Shown here piece after piece: positions 47,228 through 57,908 of a stretch of DNA of 64,000 bases. A program made the translations under genes and the position numbers. Origin of the DNA: Candidatus Bathyarchaeia archaeon (GTDB taxonomy: Archaea; Thermoproteota; Bathyarchaeia; Bathyarchaeales; Bathycorpusculaceae); NCBI GenBank assembly GCA_038882955.1, contig JAVZNC010000002.1, forward strand, positions 1 through 64,000. Direction: 5' to 3'. Below the pieces are notes generated by a model that saw only the letters and a list, made by a program, of their open reading frames with translations, was not told the origin of the DNA and ran no database searches. The stretch's first letter is position 1, and every line of letters starts with the position of its first letter.

Positions 47228-47302
47228 TTACCATTCTTCCTCTTCCCACTCTTCATCTTCTTCCCACTCTTCTTCTTCCCAGTCTTCCTCTTCTTCTCGC
47301 AT
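47228..47302 (-). CDS. Putative 24-aa acidic Trp-repeat peptide MREEEEDWEEEEWEEDEEWEEEEW
   Basis: Below the ORF-track cutoff; GGAGGTG RBS 8 nt upstream; TTAAAA/BRE-like promoter ~55 bp upstream; ordered Glu/Trp codon repeats. Confidence 0.55.
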   Translation of the reverse strand: MREEEEDWEEEEWEEDEEWEEEEW

Positions 47303-47421
47303 CCCATTTTCACCTCCTAAACTTTTGTCGGTGCGTAGTGAAGCACCACAACAACGTTTTAAGCATTTTTCTTCGGCAAATGTCGATAAACAAGTCATCA
47401 AAGCGAGTTTTCACATACAAC

Positions 47422-48396
47422 CTATAAACTTTCTTTCACTATTTTCGCGGTTAAAGAGACCACTGGCTCAGGAGTTTCCGATGTAACATAAGCCCAGCAA
47501 AGATTAGGCGAATTATGCGCTGCGCCAAACCTGCCATGAACGTCAACTGCAATCAAACCCATGTGGTTGTAAACTCCAGTTATCCGTCTATTAACAAGTT
47601 TTATCGCCATCTCAACAGCCTCCTGTGCTGTCTTGCCACTCTCCATGTAATTGCAAACAGTTTTCGCCAAAACAAGTCTTATCGCCACTTCGCCTACGCC
47701 CGTAGCTGAGCAAGCTCCAGAATTGTTGTCCGCGTAGGTGCCACATCCAATTGAAGGCGAATCCCCAATTCTTCCAGGAAGCTTGAGTGGAAAACCGCCC
47801 GTAGAGGTTGCAGCTGCAACGTTGCCATCCTTGTCTAGGGCGACCGCCCCAACAGTTTCAAGTTTAAACACTTCTGGAAAACTCTTTACAAGCTCATGAA
47901 GCCTTGGCAACTCGTATTTTCCTTCAAGCAGAGCCTTCTTGTACGTCTCGTAATACTTCAACCTAAGCTCCGTCAGCGGGTTTCTCCTCTCAAGATTATA
48001 AATCCTCGCAAGTCTTTCAGCGCCCTCGCCAACAACAAAAACGTGGTCTGTTTTCTCCATAACTATCCTCGCCAAACGAACTGGATTCCTAATATCCCTC
48101 AAAAGCCCAGCAGCACCAGCGCTTAGAGTTTTCCCATCCATAACAGAAGCTTCCATCTCAACTTCCCGCTCAATGTTCAGGCTCGAACCGTAACCAGCAT
48201 TAAACGAACCGTCGTCTTCTAAAACAGCAACAGCTTCCACGACGCTGTCAACAGCGCTGCCGCCACCATCCAAAACGTCAAAACCAGTTTTCGCCGCACG
48301 TTTAACGCCTTCCAGCCCAGACTGGCTTCGTTCTGGATGCCAAGTTCCAGCGCCACCATGAACAACAATTATGGGTTTAGATGCCTTTTTCAACAC
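47422..48396 (-). CDS. Isoaspartyl peptidase/L-asparaginase (Ntn hydrolase)
   Basis: VHGGAG, FNAGYGS, nucleophile ETVGAVA, ATSTGG, GRIGDSP. Confidence 0.92.
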   Translation of the reverse strand: MLKKASKPIIVVHGGAGTWHPERSQSGLEGVKRAAKTGFDVLDGGGSAVDSVVEAVAVLEDDGSFNAGYGSSLNIEREVEMEASVMDGKTLSAGAAGLLRDIRNPVRLARIVMEKTDHVFVVGEGAERLARIYNLERRNPLTELRLKYYETYKKALLEGKYELPRLHELVKSFPEVFKLETVGAVALDKDGNVAAATSTGGFPLKLPGRIGDSPSIGCGTYADNNSGACSATGVGEVAIRLVLAKTVCNYMESGKTAQEAVEMAIKLVNRRITGVYNHMGLIAVDVHGRFGAAHNSPNLCWAYVTSETPEPVVSLTAKIVKESL

Positions 48397-48505
48397 GTGC
48401 CCACTTCCTTCGCCTTTTAGACAAGTGCAATTGCACCCCACAAATTTAAGTTTAACGTCTAACAAATTCAAAACAAATAAATCTTTGTGATGGCATTTAT
48501 CTGTT

Positions 48506-48570
48506 GGGATGATGTGAGGCGACGGCTAAGAGCCGCAAGCTGTGAAAAAGCCACTAACCTGCACTGACCT
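48506..48570 (+). ncRNA. Candidate C/D-box sRNA
   Basis: C-like ATGATGT (48509), D box CTGA (48564), ~60 nt, T-run after; 11-nt segment complementary to a conserved 16S helix-34 sequence; C'/D' boxes weak. Confidence 0.45.
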
Positions 48571-48631
48571 CTTTTAAGCAGCGAAAATAATAATAAAAAT
48601 AATATTTTGACTTATTACTTGGGGCAGCTTT

Positions 48632-49156
48632 ATGATTCGAGATTTTAACCTCTTGGTTACAACTTCGAGAGGTAATGAGGATGAGTGTTGTTCTGAGCTT
48701 TGGTATCTTCTAGGCGAAATAGGCGATTCCGCGCCTGTTGTTGACAAGACGGGTGTTGCCGGCTTGGTTGCCGTAAAAACTGTTTTAAACCCATTTGAGG
48801 CTGTAGAGAAGCTGCGCAAAATTCTACATGAACGACCATACGAGTTCCGTTATACGCTTAGGGTTATCCCCATCGAAAAAGTTGTACGCACAGACCTCGG
48901 CGAAATTCAGCGGACAGCCACAGAGCTAAGCTCAAAAATCGGCGAAAACGAAACATTTAGGGTTACAGTGGAAAAACGTTTTACGGAAACCTCAACCCGC
49001 GATATTATTGAGGCGACCGCAGCAAACATTGAACGGAAAGTGGACCTAAACAAGCCCGACAAGATACTTTTAGTCGAGGTTGTTGGCGGCTTGACTGGAA
49101 TATCCGTAATAAAGCCAGACGACATCTTAGCCGTTATCAAAGAGAAGATTTTGTAA
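48632..49156 (+). CDS. THUMP-domain RNA-binding protein
   Basis: RVIP, ETFRVTVEKR, VDL..PD. Confidence 0.85.
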   Translation: MIRDFNLLVTTSRGNEDECCSELWYLLGEIGDSAPVVDKTGVAGLVAVKTVLNPFEAVEKLRKILHERPYEFRYTLRVIPIEKVVRTDLGEIQRTATELSSKIGENETFRVTVEKRFTETSTRDIIEATAANIERKVDLNKPDKILLVEVVGGLTGISVIKPDDILAVIKEKIL

Positions 49157-49159
49157 AAG

Positions 49160-49723
49160 CTAAATTTGCGTTGCCAAAAGCGCCATGCGCTCTATCACAA
49201 TATCGATTAAAGCCTTCTTTAAGTCGCCCTTCTCAATAACCGCTTCAAGCTCCAAGTCTGAAATTTTAAATATTTCACGTATGCCAACGATTTTTTCCTC
49301 TGTCAACTCGAGAACTTCGTCGTTTCTTTTTGCTTTGGCAACACGTACCACAGTGTTCAAAGCAGATTTTATAGTTCTGGGCTCATCTCCCACCATTACC
49401 AACGCCACTTCTGTGGTTCCAAGCTTGATTCCAAGTTTTCCTAACGCCTTTTTGATTTGGCGTTGTGCCGAGGCATAAAGGATTGTTTCCATGGCTAGGT
49501 TTTTTGAAATGCTACGCTTGTTCTTGAAGGCTGTTAGTGCATTTAAAACTGCAAAGTAAAGGTGTTGCCAGCCAGCAACAAAGCGTGCATCAAAAAATTG
49601 AATCTCTACGCCAAGGCTTTCTTTGCTGAATCTTTTTAGGAACTTTTCCGTATCCTCAATCTTTACGTCTTTCAAACCAGCAATAAGCACGTATTTTCCG
49701 AACTCTTCAATATGCTTTAACAA
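49160..49723 (-). CDS. cgi121: KEOPS complex subunit Cgi121
   Basis: HL..A...A, E.ILYASAQRQI..A, ERMALL. Confidence 0.85.
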   Translation of the reverse strand: MLKHIEEFGKYVLIAGLKDVKIEDTEKFLKRFSKESLGVEIQFFDARFVAGWQHLYFAVLNALTAFKNKRSISKNLAMETILYASAQRQIKKALGKLGIKLGTTEVALVMVGDEPRTIKSALNTVVRVAKAKRNDEVLELTEEKIVGIREIFKISDLELEAVIEKGDLKKALIDIVIERMALLATQI

Positions 49724-50313
49724 TTTTCTTCCCTAAGCGCCTCTTTCAAAAATTTTTTGACAAGTTTTTTCTGCGCTCCAGCCGCGATAAGTTTTGCAAT
49801 CTCGCTATCTATGGACTTTTTAGTTTCCCTACATTTCTTAACAATTTTCTTAACTGTTTCATTTGTTTCCCATGGAAAAACAACCCAACGCCGCGTTTCC
49901 CTCTCATAATAGTCTGGCTTCACTATGCTCCAAGGCTTATAGTACACTGTGGCAATTTTAACTTCTTTCGCACCATTCGCTATCAAATGCTCCTTAACAA
50001 CTCTCAAACTTTTACCCGTATCCGCGATTTCATCAACAACGAGCACTTTTTTCCCAGATACGTCAACTGAAACTGGCTGCGTTAAGACTGGCTCACCCTT
50101 TGTTTCAGCCACGCCCAGATAAAATTCAGCCTTGACATTGGCAATGTTTGGGTTGTTCAGTAGGTCTGATAGGACTCTGGCTGGAGGCCAACCTCCGCGT
50201 GATACTCCTACAATTACGTCTGGTTTGAATCCATTTTTTCTTATTTTTTCAGCGAGGTTTAACAGCATTTTGTATATTAGGTTCCATGTTGGAACTTCAA
50301 ATTCAATATTCAA
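49717..50313 (-). CDS. Purine phosphoribosyltransferase (Hpt/Gpt-like)
   Basis: GVSRGG, PRPP loop VLVVDEIADTGKS, W.VFPWE. Confidence 0.88.
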   Translation of the reverse strand: MNIEFEVPTWNLIYKMLLNLAEKIRKNGFKPDVIVGVSRGGWPPARVLSDLLNNPNIANVKAEFYLGVAETKGEPVLTQPVSVDVSGKKVLVVDEIADTGKSLRVVKEHLIANGAKEVKIATVYYKPWSIVKPDYYERETRRWVVFPWETNETVKKIVKKCRETKKSIDSEIAKLIAAGAQKKLVKKFLKEALREENC

Positions 50314-50393
50314 GCCATTTTTCTCCTAGACAGCGCTTGTTCTGTTTGAGAAGCTTTCAAAAATAAAAAATTTGGGATTTAAAAGTACGTGGT

Positions 50394-51353
50394 TTATGCT
50401 TGTGGTGGTGCTTTTGGTTTTCTCCACGCGTATACTATGGCTGCAAGACCGAAGAACATGAAGCCCAAACCAAAGATTGCAAGCGCAACGGCGTTGATAA
50501 CCATGGCTTGTGCAAGCGCGTTCGCCTCAATCAATCTTGCTGTGGCATTCGCGTTTATTGCATTTGCTTCTGCTTGAAGCGCATCTGCTTCAGCCTTATC
50601 CTTGTTCAGTTTATTTTCGTCATATTCAGCTTTTATGCCTATGTAGACTGTCCATGCTTGCTTTATCAAGTTTATTGCCGTCTGATAGTGCTGTAATGAG
50701 ACGTTAAACTCGCCTTGCGTGTAAGAATATAGTGCCGTGTTTGCTTCTGTTTCTGCTTGGACGTATAGGCTGAAGGATTCTGCGTAATCATCAACATAAG
50801 TGCTTACGGTGCTCTTTAGGAGTGAGTATTCCCAAGAGGCTTGTGAGACATCATATTGTGTTTGTGTTAAAACTGCGAATCGGTCGCCGTCATAAGTCCA
50901 CGAGTCTTTTACGGTTGCTGGTACCCCTCCACTTACGGTTGTGTATTCAAATTCTATGTAGATTCTGTATCGATGGGTGAAGAGGTTCGAAGCGATTGTT
51001 GTCAGTTCTGTTGTGCCGTTAATGGTAAACAAGTATTCGTCATTGTATTTTATTAGAACGTCTTTTGTTGTGTTGTAAAACTTGTTCCAGTCAAACCACA
51101 CCGCAATGTTTTTAACTGTTATGTCTACTGGGTGCCCAGTTGCGTTACGTTCAGTGTTTCTAACCCAAATATTAATTATCCATGTCGTATTTTCAATGTA
51201 CGCTATGTCGACGCTGCCTAGAAATGGGTCAGTTCTATTTTTCCATACTGGTTTTATCCATGTTAGGCTGGTTATGCCTGCGCTTGCTGGCGCAACAAAA
51301 GAAATGCATAATATTATTGCCAGCGAAATTATTGCTGCGTGTGATTTTTTCAT
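50394..51353 (-). CDS. Exported protein with helical stalk and C-terminal TM anchor
   Basis: Signal peptide, Ala-rich helix, TM + basic tail. Confidence 0.7.
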   Translation of the reverse strand: MKKSHAAIISLAIILCISFVAPASAGITSLTWIKPVWKNRTDPFLGSVDIAYIENTTWIINIWVRNTERNATGHPVDITVKNIAVWFDWNKFYNTTKDVLIKYNDEYLFTINGTTELTTIASNLFTHRYRIYIEFEYTTVSGGVPATVKDSWTYDGDRFAVLTQTQYDVSQASWEYSLLKSTVSTYVDDYAESFSLYVQAETEANTALYSYTQGEFNVSLQHYQTAINLIKQAWTVYIGIKAEYDENKLNKDKAEADALQAEANAINANATARLIEANALAQAMVINAVALAIFGLGFMFFGLAAIVYAWRKPKAPPQA

Positions 51354-51519
51354 TAAATCACCTTAAACGGTAGGTGTCATAGCATATGCAATATATAATT
51401 TTCGGAACACATCATACGCGAGCGCAACCGCGTGAAAGGGAAAACATTTTCTTTCCCCACAATACACTTATCTCATCCGCCATCACTGTAGCGTTTACAC
51501 TTAAAAGGAAGGGTTCCAA

Positions 51520-52440
51520 ATGGTTTGCGTAATAGAATGCGTACCCAACTTCAGCACTTCCAACCCGAAAGTTGTTGAGTCAATAATTAATGAAATTAGG
51601 AATACTCCGAAAGCTTTCCTTTTGGACTACACGTTTGACGATTATTACAATAGACTTGTGGTTTCTTTTGTTGGCGACAAGAAATCCGTGCTTGAAGCCG
51701 CCCTAAAAGCTTCTTTCAAAGCAATAGAGCTTATCGACATGCGTCAGCATAAAGGGCAGCATCCGCGGATTGGCGCTGTGGACGTTGTTCCATTCATACC
51801 ATTAAGAAACGCCATGATGGAAGATTGCGTTAAGCTTGCAAGGGAATTTGGTGAAACGCTCGCAAAAAAGTGCAACGTGCCCGTCTATCTTTATGGCGAA
51901 GCGGCAACAAGCATCGAAAGAAAGGATTTGGACTGGATTCGTGAAGGCGAGTATGAACGGCTCGCAGAAATGATTGCCAAGCCCGAGCGGAAACCAGATT
52001 TTGGTCCAGCATCACCACATCCAACGGCTGGTGCTACGATTACTGGTGCGCGGAAGGTTATGGCTGGGTTTAACGTTAACCTAGGCACTTCAGACTTGAG
52101 CATCGCCAAAAAGATTGCCAAGGCTTTACATGCGAAGAAGGGTGGCTTTTCAACTGTTAAGGCTATGGCTGCCCACATTCCAGAAAAGAATATTACACAG
52201 ATTGGGATGAGCATATCCGATTTTGAGAGAACCCCCCTTTACCGCGTTTTCGAAATGATTCGAGTTGAGTGTGAACGCTATAATGTTCCAATAGTTGGCT
52301 CTGAATTTTGCGGCTTGGCTCCCTTAAAGGCGCTTGTTGACGTTGCCGCATACTACCTAAAAATTGACAATTTAACCGAAGATAGGGTTTTGGAAATGGC
52401 GGTTTACAAAGCCATGGAAAAGGGCGGTGCCTTTGAGTAA
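51520..52440 (+). CDS. ftcD: Glutamate formiminotransferase
   Basis: IECVPNFS, H.G.HPRIGA.DVVPF, RxGEYE, GAR. Confidence 0.92.
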   Translation: MVCVIECVPNFSTSNPKVVESIINEIRNTPKAFLLDYTFDDYYNRLVVSFVGDKKSVLEAALKASFKAIELIDMRQHKGQHPRIGAVDVVPFIPLRNAMMEDCVKLAREFGETLAKKCNVPVYLYGEAATSIERKDLDWIREGEYERLAEMIAKPERKPDFGPASPHPTAGATITGARKVMAGFNVNLGTSDLSIAKKIAKALHAKKGGFSTVKAMAAHIPEKNITQIGMSISDFERTPLYRVFEMIRVECERYNVPIVGSEFCGLAPLKALVDVAAYYLKIDNLTEDRVLEMAVYKAMEKGGAFE

Positions 52441-53752
52441 GAGCATTAAAACTAAAGCTAGAGAAAAAGTTGACTTGCTCATAGTGAATGCCAACGAACT
52501 TGTCACGCTTGCTGGAGGAAACGAGAAGCCCCGCATTGGCAAGCATATGCGAGAGCTAGGAATAATCCACAATGGTGGCTTGGCAATAAAGGACGGAAAG
52601 ATAGCCGCAGTTGGAAAAACTTCTGAAATAACAAAAGCCTTTAGGGCTGAAACAATAATAAGCGCGAATGGAAAAACTGTTTTGCCAGGCTTTGTTGATC
52701 CTCACACGCATCTTGTTTTTGCTGGTTCGCGTGAAGATGAATTTCAGATGCGCGTTGAAGGCGCCTATTACATGGAGATTCTAAGCGCTGGCGGCGGCAT
52801 ACTAAAAACTGTTAGGGAAACACGGAGAGCAAGCATCGACAAGATTGTTGATTTTGGATTGAAAACCCTCGACGTCATGTTAGAGTATGGAACAACTACG
52901 GTTGAAGCCAAAAGTGGTTATGGATTAACCACAAAGGATGAGTTGAAGCTTCTGGAAGCCATAAAACGTCTTGCACAACTGCATTCAGTCGACGTTGTGC
53001 CAACTTTTATGGGCGCACATGCAATCCCCACCGAATACAAGAATGCACCATCAGATTACGTTAACGTCGTTGTTGAGGAGATGATTCCCGCGGTGGCGGA
53101 GAAGAAGCTTGCTGAATTTTGCGATGTCTTTTGCGAGAAAGGCGTTTTCACGTTAGAGCAGAGCAAACGCATCTTGCTAGCAGGAAAAAATTATGGCTTA
53201 AGCCCGAAAATTCATGCCGACGAAATGAGCATGTGCGGCGGAACGGAACTTGCAGCAGAAGTTGAAGCAGTTTCTGCCGAACATTTGCTTTATGCATCTG
53301 ACGAGGGCATTAAAGCCCTTGCAAACAAGGGTGTAATTGCGGTTCTGTTGCCTGCTGCTTCCTTCAGTTTGATGGGTGCGCAGCATGCAGATGCAAGGAA
53401 AATGATTGAAGGTGGGGTTCCAGTTGCTCTTGGAACAGATTTTAACCCGAGTTGCTGGGTGGAAAACATGCAATTAGTAATAGCTTTTGCATGTCATTTT
53501 TTGAGGTTAACTGTAGCAGAAGCCATAACCGCGGCGACGATTAACGCGGCGCACGCCATTAAAAGGGCTCATGAAGTTGGAAGTTTAGAAGCGGGGAAAA
53601 AAGCTGACGTTGTTATTTTGGATGTGCCCAATCACAAGTTTCTCGGCTACCGTTTTGGGGCGAACCTTATTGACAAAGTTATTAAAAATGGGAGACTGGT
53701 TGTTGACAGAGAAAAATGCTATGAACCCGTGATTCCAAGTGAAACCGAATGA
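52427..53752 (+). CDS. hutI: Imidazolonepropionase
   Basis: DPHTHLVFAG.R, EAKSGYGL, DVFCE, HADE, TDFNP. Confidence 0.95.
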   Translation: MPLSKSIKTKAREKVDLLIVNANELVTLAGGNEKPRIGKHMRELGIIHNGGLAIKDGKIAAVGKTSEITKAFRAETIISANGKTVLPGFVDPHTHLVFAGSREDEFQMRVEGAYYMEILSAGGGILKTVRETRRASIDKIVDFGLKTLDVMLEYGTTTVEAKSGYGLTTKDELKLLEAIKRLAQLHSVDVVPTFMGAHAIPTEYKNAPSDYVNVVVEEMIPAVAEKKLAEFCDVFCEKGVFTLEQSKRILLAGKNYGLSPKIHADEMSMCGGTELAAEVEAVSAEHLLYASDEGIKALANKGVIAVLLPAASFSLMGAQHADARKMIEGGVPVALGTDFNPSCWVENMQLVIAFACHFLRLTVAEAITAATINAAHAIKRAHEVGSLEAGKKADVVILDVPNHKFLGYRFGANLIDKVIKNGRLVVDREKCYEPVIPSETE

Positions 53753-53773
53753 GACAATTAGCAATTGTGCCGT

Positions 53774-54013
53774 TTACTTTTTCAATGCCTTTTTGCCGAA
53801 CGTGAAGATAAGCCATATTACAACGCCGTAGATTATTCCATTGAATATTGCTGACAACAGCGTTTTCACGGCCAACCCACTCCACTCCAATGTGGGGTCT
53901 ATGCCCATAGAATCGCTAATCGAGTTGCCTGGAGGTAGGTCAGCATAAGCAAAGGTTGCAGCCAAGAATATTATGAAAACTATTACGAAAACTATTGCTC
54001 CTTCACCTTTCAT
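53774..54013 (-). CDS. Small two-TM membrane protein
   Basis: 79-aa hydrophobic ORF with RBS. Confidence 0.6.
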   Translation of the reverse strand: MKGEGAIVFVIVFIIFLAATFAYADLPPGNSISDSMGIDPTLEWSGLAVKTLLSAIFNGIIYGVVIWLIFTFGKKALKK

Positions 54014-54108
54014 TCATTTTCTCCTCATTAACCCACCGTATGATGAAACCTCTTCTAATAAACTTGGTGGTGCAGTAAAAATTATAATTCACTTTTACAT
54101 TCTGGTGC

Positions 54109-55782
54109 ATGGTGAAAACGGTAATGCTGAAAATTGAAAAGCCCGTCAAATGTTTGACTGGTTCTACGCTTCATTGTAAGAACTGGCAAATTGAAGGAAT
54201 TCTCCGCATGCTTTTTAATGTTGTCGACCCCGAGGTGGCGAAAGACCCCGAAAGGCTTATTGTTTATGGTGGAACTGGCAAGGCTGCGCGGAACTGGGAG
54301 TGCTTCGAGAAAATTGTTGAAACTTTAATTGAGCTTGAACCAGATGAAACAATGCTTGTCCAAAGTGGTAAACCAGTTGCAGTTTTTAAAACTCACAAGT
54401 GGGCTCCAAGAGCCTTAATCGTCAACGCCATGCTTGTGCCAAAATGGGCAACGTGGGACTACTTCTACGAGCTTGAACAGAAAGGCTTAATCATGTTTGG
54501 ACAGATGACCGCTGGCTCTTGGGCATACATTGGAACACAAGGCATATTGCAAGGCACGTATGAAACGCTTGCAGCAGTTGCCAAAGAACATTTTGGCGGT
54601 TCCTTGAAGGGCAGACTTGTTTTAACCGCTGGTTTAGGCGAGATGGGCGGCGCCCAACCCTTGGCTGTCACAATGAACGAGGGCGTTGCTTTGGTTGTTG
54701 AAATTGACAAGAGAGCAATTGAAAGAAGGCTCCGGCATGGATATTTGGAAATGTGGACAGACGATTTGGACGAAGCCGTTAAACTAGCTGTAGAAGCAAA
54801 AAGGGAAGGCTTTCCAAGGAGCATAGGCTTGTTGGGCAACGCGGCAGAAGTGCATTCCGAATTACTGCGAAGAGGCATAATACCAGACGTTTTAACAGAC
54901 CAAACATCCGCCCACGACCCGTTAAACGGCTATTATCCAGCGGGCTTATCCAAGGAAGAAGCGGACGAACTTAGAAAAAATGACCCACAAGAATATTTGC
55001 ACCGCGCAAGCGAGAGCATGCGCCTACAAGTAGAGACAATGGTTAAAATGATGAAAAAAGGCGCCATAACATTCGAGTACGGCAACAACCTCCGCCAACA
55101 AGCATACAACGCTGGCTTCAAAGAAGCATTTACATATCCGGGCTTTGTCCAACGCTATATTAGACCAATGTTCTGCGAGGGAAAGGGGCCGTTCCGTTGG
55201 ACATCGCTTGTTGGAAGTGCTGAAGACATTTACACTCTTGACGACGTTATTTTGGACAAGTTCGCCTATAACAAGGAGTTGTGCCGATGGATAAGAAAAG
55301 CCAAAGAACAAGTTAAGTTTCAAGGCTTGCCCGCAAGGGTTTGCTGGCTTGGCTTCGGCGAGAGGGCGCGCTTCGGCAAAATCATGAATGACATGGTGGC
55401 AAGTGGCAAAATTAGCGGTCCAGTGTGGATTGGACGCGACCACCTAGACGGCGGAAGCGTTGCATCGCCAAACCGCGAAACAGAAGGCATGATGGACGGA
55501 AGCGACGCAATCGCGGACTGGCCAATACTTAACGCTTTAATTAACGCTGTAGGCGGAGCAACATGGGTCAGCGTTCATCACGGCGGAGGCGTAGGTATAG
55601 GCTATAGCATACATGCTGGCATGTGCTTGGTGGCTGACGGCACAAAAGAAGCAGAAAAACGCATAACAACAGTCTTAACAACAGACCCTGGAACAGCTAT
55701 AGTAAGGCATGCGGATGCGGGCTATGAGAAAGCGCAGAAAATAGCTAAAGAAAAGGGCATTAAAATGCCGATGTTAAAGTAG
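54109..55782 (+). CDS. hutU: Urocanate hydratase
   Basis: [42 protein letters not shown]. Confidence 0.97.
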   Translation: MVKTVMLKIEKPVKCLTGSTLHCKNWQIEGILRMLFNVVDPEVAKDPERLIVYGGTGKAARNWECFEKIVETLIELEPDETMLVQSGKPVAVFKTHKWAPRALIVNAMLVPKWATWDYFYELEQKGLIMFGQMTAGSWAYIGTQGILQGTYETLAAVAKEHFGGSLKGRLVLTAGLGEMGGAQPLAVTMNEGVALVVEIDKRAIERRLRHGYLEMWTDDLDEAVKLAVEAKREGFPRSIGLLGNAAEVHSELLRRGIIPDVLTDQTSAHDPLNGYYPAGLSKEEADELRKNDPQEYLHRASESMRLQVETMVKMMKKGAITFEYGNNLRQQAYNAGFKEAFTYPGFVQRYIRPMFCEGKGPFRWTSLVGSAEDIYTLDDVILDKFAYNKELCRWIRKAKEQVKFQGLPARVCWLGFGERARFGKIMNDMVASGKISGPVWIGRDHLDGGSVASPNRETEGMMDGSDAIADWPILNALINAVGGATWVSVHHGGGVGIGYSIHAGMCLVADGTKEAEKRITTVLTTDPGTAIVRHADAGYEKAQKIAKEKGIKMPMLK

Positions 55783-56037
55783 ACTGTATGCCGCTTTCGC
55801 CAGTAAAACTATAATCGCGGTTATTGCAGTCCAGAACAAAAAGTCAAGGAGAAACTCGTAGTACAAGATTTTTTCGCCTACAAACGCGTCGCTTATCCGC
55901 CAAATCATTGGGAATCCGTAATACTTGTTTTCCGGGATAATCACGCCGCTTGGCGTGTTTTCGACAAAGCCAGTAAATGATGTTATGCAAACGCCGATTG
56001 TTACGGCTAAAACCAAGATTCGCCAATTAACCTTCAA
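55774..56037 (-). CDS. Small membrane protein
   Basis: Two TMs with a YGFP loop. Confidence 0.6.
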   Translation of the reverse strand: MKVNWRILVLAVTIGVCITSFTGFVENTPSGVIIPENKYYGFPMIWRISDAFVGEKILYYEFLLDFLFWTAITAIIVLLAKAAYSLL

Positions 56038-56149
56038 ATATTCTTCACTTTAATAAAAACTTGAAAGCATAGCATAAAACTTTTTAGTAAAAAACCAAGT
56101 TGTGAAACCTATTGTGACAGAAAAATTGTGGAGAAATGAAATGGAGGCT

Positions 56150-57799
56150 TTAGTCTTCGCCGAACTCTGAAGGTTCTTTGGATGGCTTCTTTCCTTCCTT
56201 CTCCTTCTCCATGCCCTTGGCAGCAATCAAATCGTCGATCTTCAGTATCATGTTGGCGGCTTCGGTTGCTGACTTAATAACTTGCTGTTTAACCCTTAAC
56301 GGTTCAACAATGTTTAGTTCCAGCATGTCCCTGATTTTTCCAGAGAAAACGTCAACGCCGTATGATGGGCTTGCAGCGCTTTCATGTTTGGCTCTTAATG
56401 CCACCATTATGTCGATTGGGTCCAATCCAGCATTTTCCGCCAATATCAACGGAATGGATTCGACAGCGTCCGCGAACGCCTCTATAGCTAGTTGTTCTCT
56501 TCCGCCCACTTTAACAGCGTAATCTCTAAGCTTTTTGGCGACCTCTGCTTCTGGCGCGCCGCCGCCTGGAACTATTTTGCCGTCTTCGATGGCGTTTCTT
56601 ACAACACAAAGTGCGTCGTGGAGTGAACGTTCGGCTTCGTCTATAACGTGTTCTGTTCCGCCTCTGATGACTATGGTTACAGCCTTTGGATTCTTGCATT
56701 CACGCACATATACAAGCTTGTCTTCGCCGATTTTAACTTCCTCGACGGTTTTTGCTTCTCCAAGCATGTCAGATGTTAACTCCTTGACGCTTGCAACGAT
56801 TTTTCCGCCAGTGGCTTTGGATAGTTTCTCCATGTCGCTGCTGCTCACGTTCTTAACGGCTAAAATGCCTCGTTTTGCCAAGAAGTGCAATGCAACATCA
56901 TCAATGCCTTTTTCGCAGAATACTACGTTGGCGCCTGCCTCTGCAATTTTGTCAACCATCTCTTTGAGCATGCGCTCTTCTTCGTCCAAGAAAAGCTTCA
57001 TCTGCTCTGGAGTTTCGATGTTTATTTTTGCGTCGAACTCTGTCTTCTCAATTTCTAGTTTCGCGTTTAGCAAAGCAATTTTCGCATTATTAACAATCTT
57101 GGGCATCTGCGGATGCGCAACTTCCTTGTCGATGACCATGCCCTTGACAAGTTCAGTTTCATCCAAGCTTTTTCCATGCTTCTTTAGAACCTTTATTAGG
57201 TCAATGTCCGCTTTTATCTTTCCATCTTTCTCTTCTGCAACTTGTTTGACGGCTTCAACCGCAAGCCTTGCAAAGTGTTCTTTCGCAACTGTTATTCCTT
57301 TGCTTCCCATCGATGTCACTGCAACATCCATCAAACGCTTTTCGTCGTTAATGCTCACTGGAATTGCCATTTTCTCTAGGATTTCCTGCGCTTTTTCGCT
57401 TGCCTTCTTGTAGCCGTCAATAATTACTGTTGGATGAATGTTCTGGTCGAGAAGGTTTTCAGCCTTTGAAAGCAATTCGCCAGCCAAAACCACCGCTGTT
57501 GTTGTTCCGTCGCCAACCTCGTTGTCCTGTGCCTTGGCTACCTCGACAAGCATTTTTGCTGCTGGATGTTGCACGTCAAGCTCCTTCATTATTGTTGCGC
57601 CGTCGTTTGTTATTGACACGTCGCCGAAGCTGCTGACAAGCATCTTGTCCATTCCACGCGGTCCAAGCGTGGTTTTTATGGTTTCAGCTATTATTTTTGC
57701 AGCTGTAATGTTGTTTCTTTGGGCTTCTCTTCCACTTGTTCTGCTTGTTCCTTCCTTCAATATTAAAACTGGAACTGTTCCAGAAGGGGCAACAGCCAT
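56150..57799 (-). CDS. ths: Thermosome (group II chaperonin) subunit, second paralog
   Basis: [31 protein letters not shown]. Confidence 0.97.
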   Translation of the reverse strand: MAVAPSGTVPVLILKEGTSRTSGREAQRNNITAAKIIAETIKTTLGPRGMDKMLVSSFGDVSITNDGATIMKELDVQHPAAKMLVEVAKAQDNEVGDGTTTAVVLAGELLSKAENLLDQNIHPTVIIDGYKKASEKAQEILEKMAIPVSINDEKRLMDVAVTSMGSKGITVAKEHFARLAVEAVKQVAEEKDGKIKADIDLIKVLKKHGKSLDETELVKGMVIDKEVAHPQMPKIVNNAKIALLNAKLEIEKTEFDAKINIETPEQMKLFLDEEERMLKEMVDKIAEAGANVVFCEKGIDDVALHFLAKRGILAVKNVSSSDMEKLSKATGGKIVASVKELTSDMLGEAKTVEEVKIGEDKLVYVRECKNPKAVTIVIRGGTEHVIDEAERSLHDALCVVRNAIEDGKIVPGGGAPEAEVAKKLRDYAVKVGGREQLAIEAFADAVESIPLILAENAGLDPIDIMVALRAKHESAASPSYGVDVFSGKIRDMLELNIVEPLRVKQQVIKSATEAANMILKIDDLIAAKGMEKEKEGKKPSKEPSEFGED

Positions 57800-57805
57800 T
57801 ACTCA

Positions 57806-57878
57806 TCACCTCCACACTTCTAGGTGTGATAGGTGAGTTAGCAAGCAAAATTTTAGACGGAAGACGCTTCTATATAAA
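57806..57878 (-). promoter_or_regulatory. Thermosome promoter (TTTATATA 57871-57878) and 5'UTR hairpin covering the SD
   Basis: Transcript UCACCU-A-UCACAC-cuagaa-GUGUGG-AGGUGA pairs over GGAGGUGA. Confidence 0.6.
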
Positions 57879-57908
57879 CATTTCTAGGCGTGATTCTGGC
57901 AGCCAAAC

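Noticed and set aside
51416-51458. Two short hairpins in the divergent region upstream of ftcD
   Set aside because: Stems of only 5-6 bp with no recognisable RNA family.
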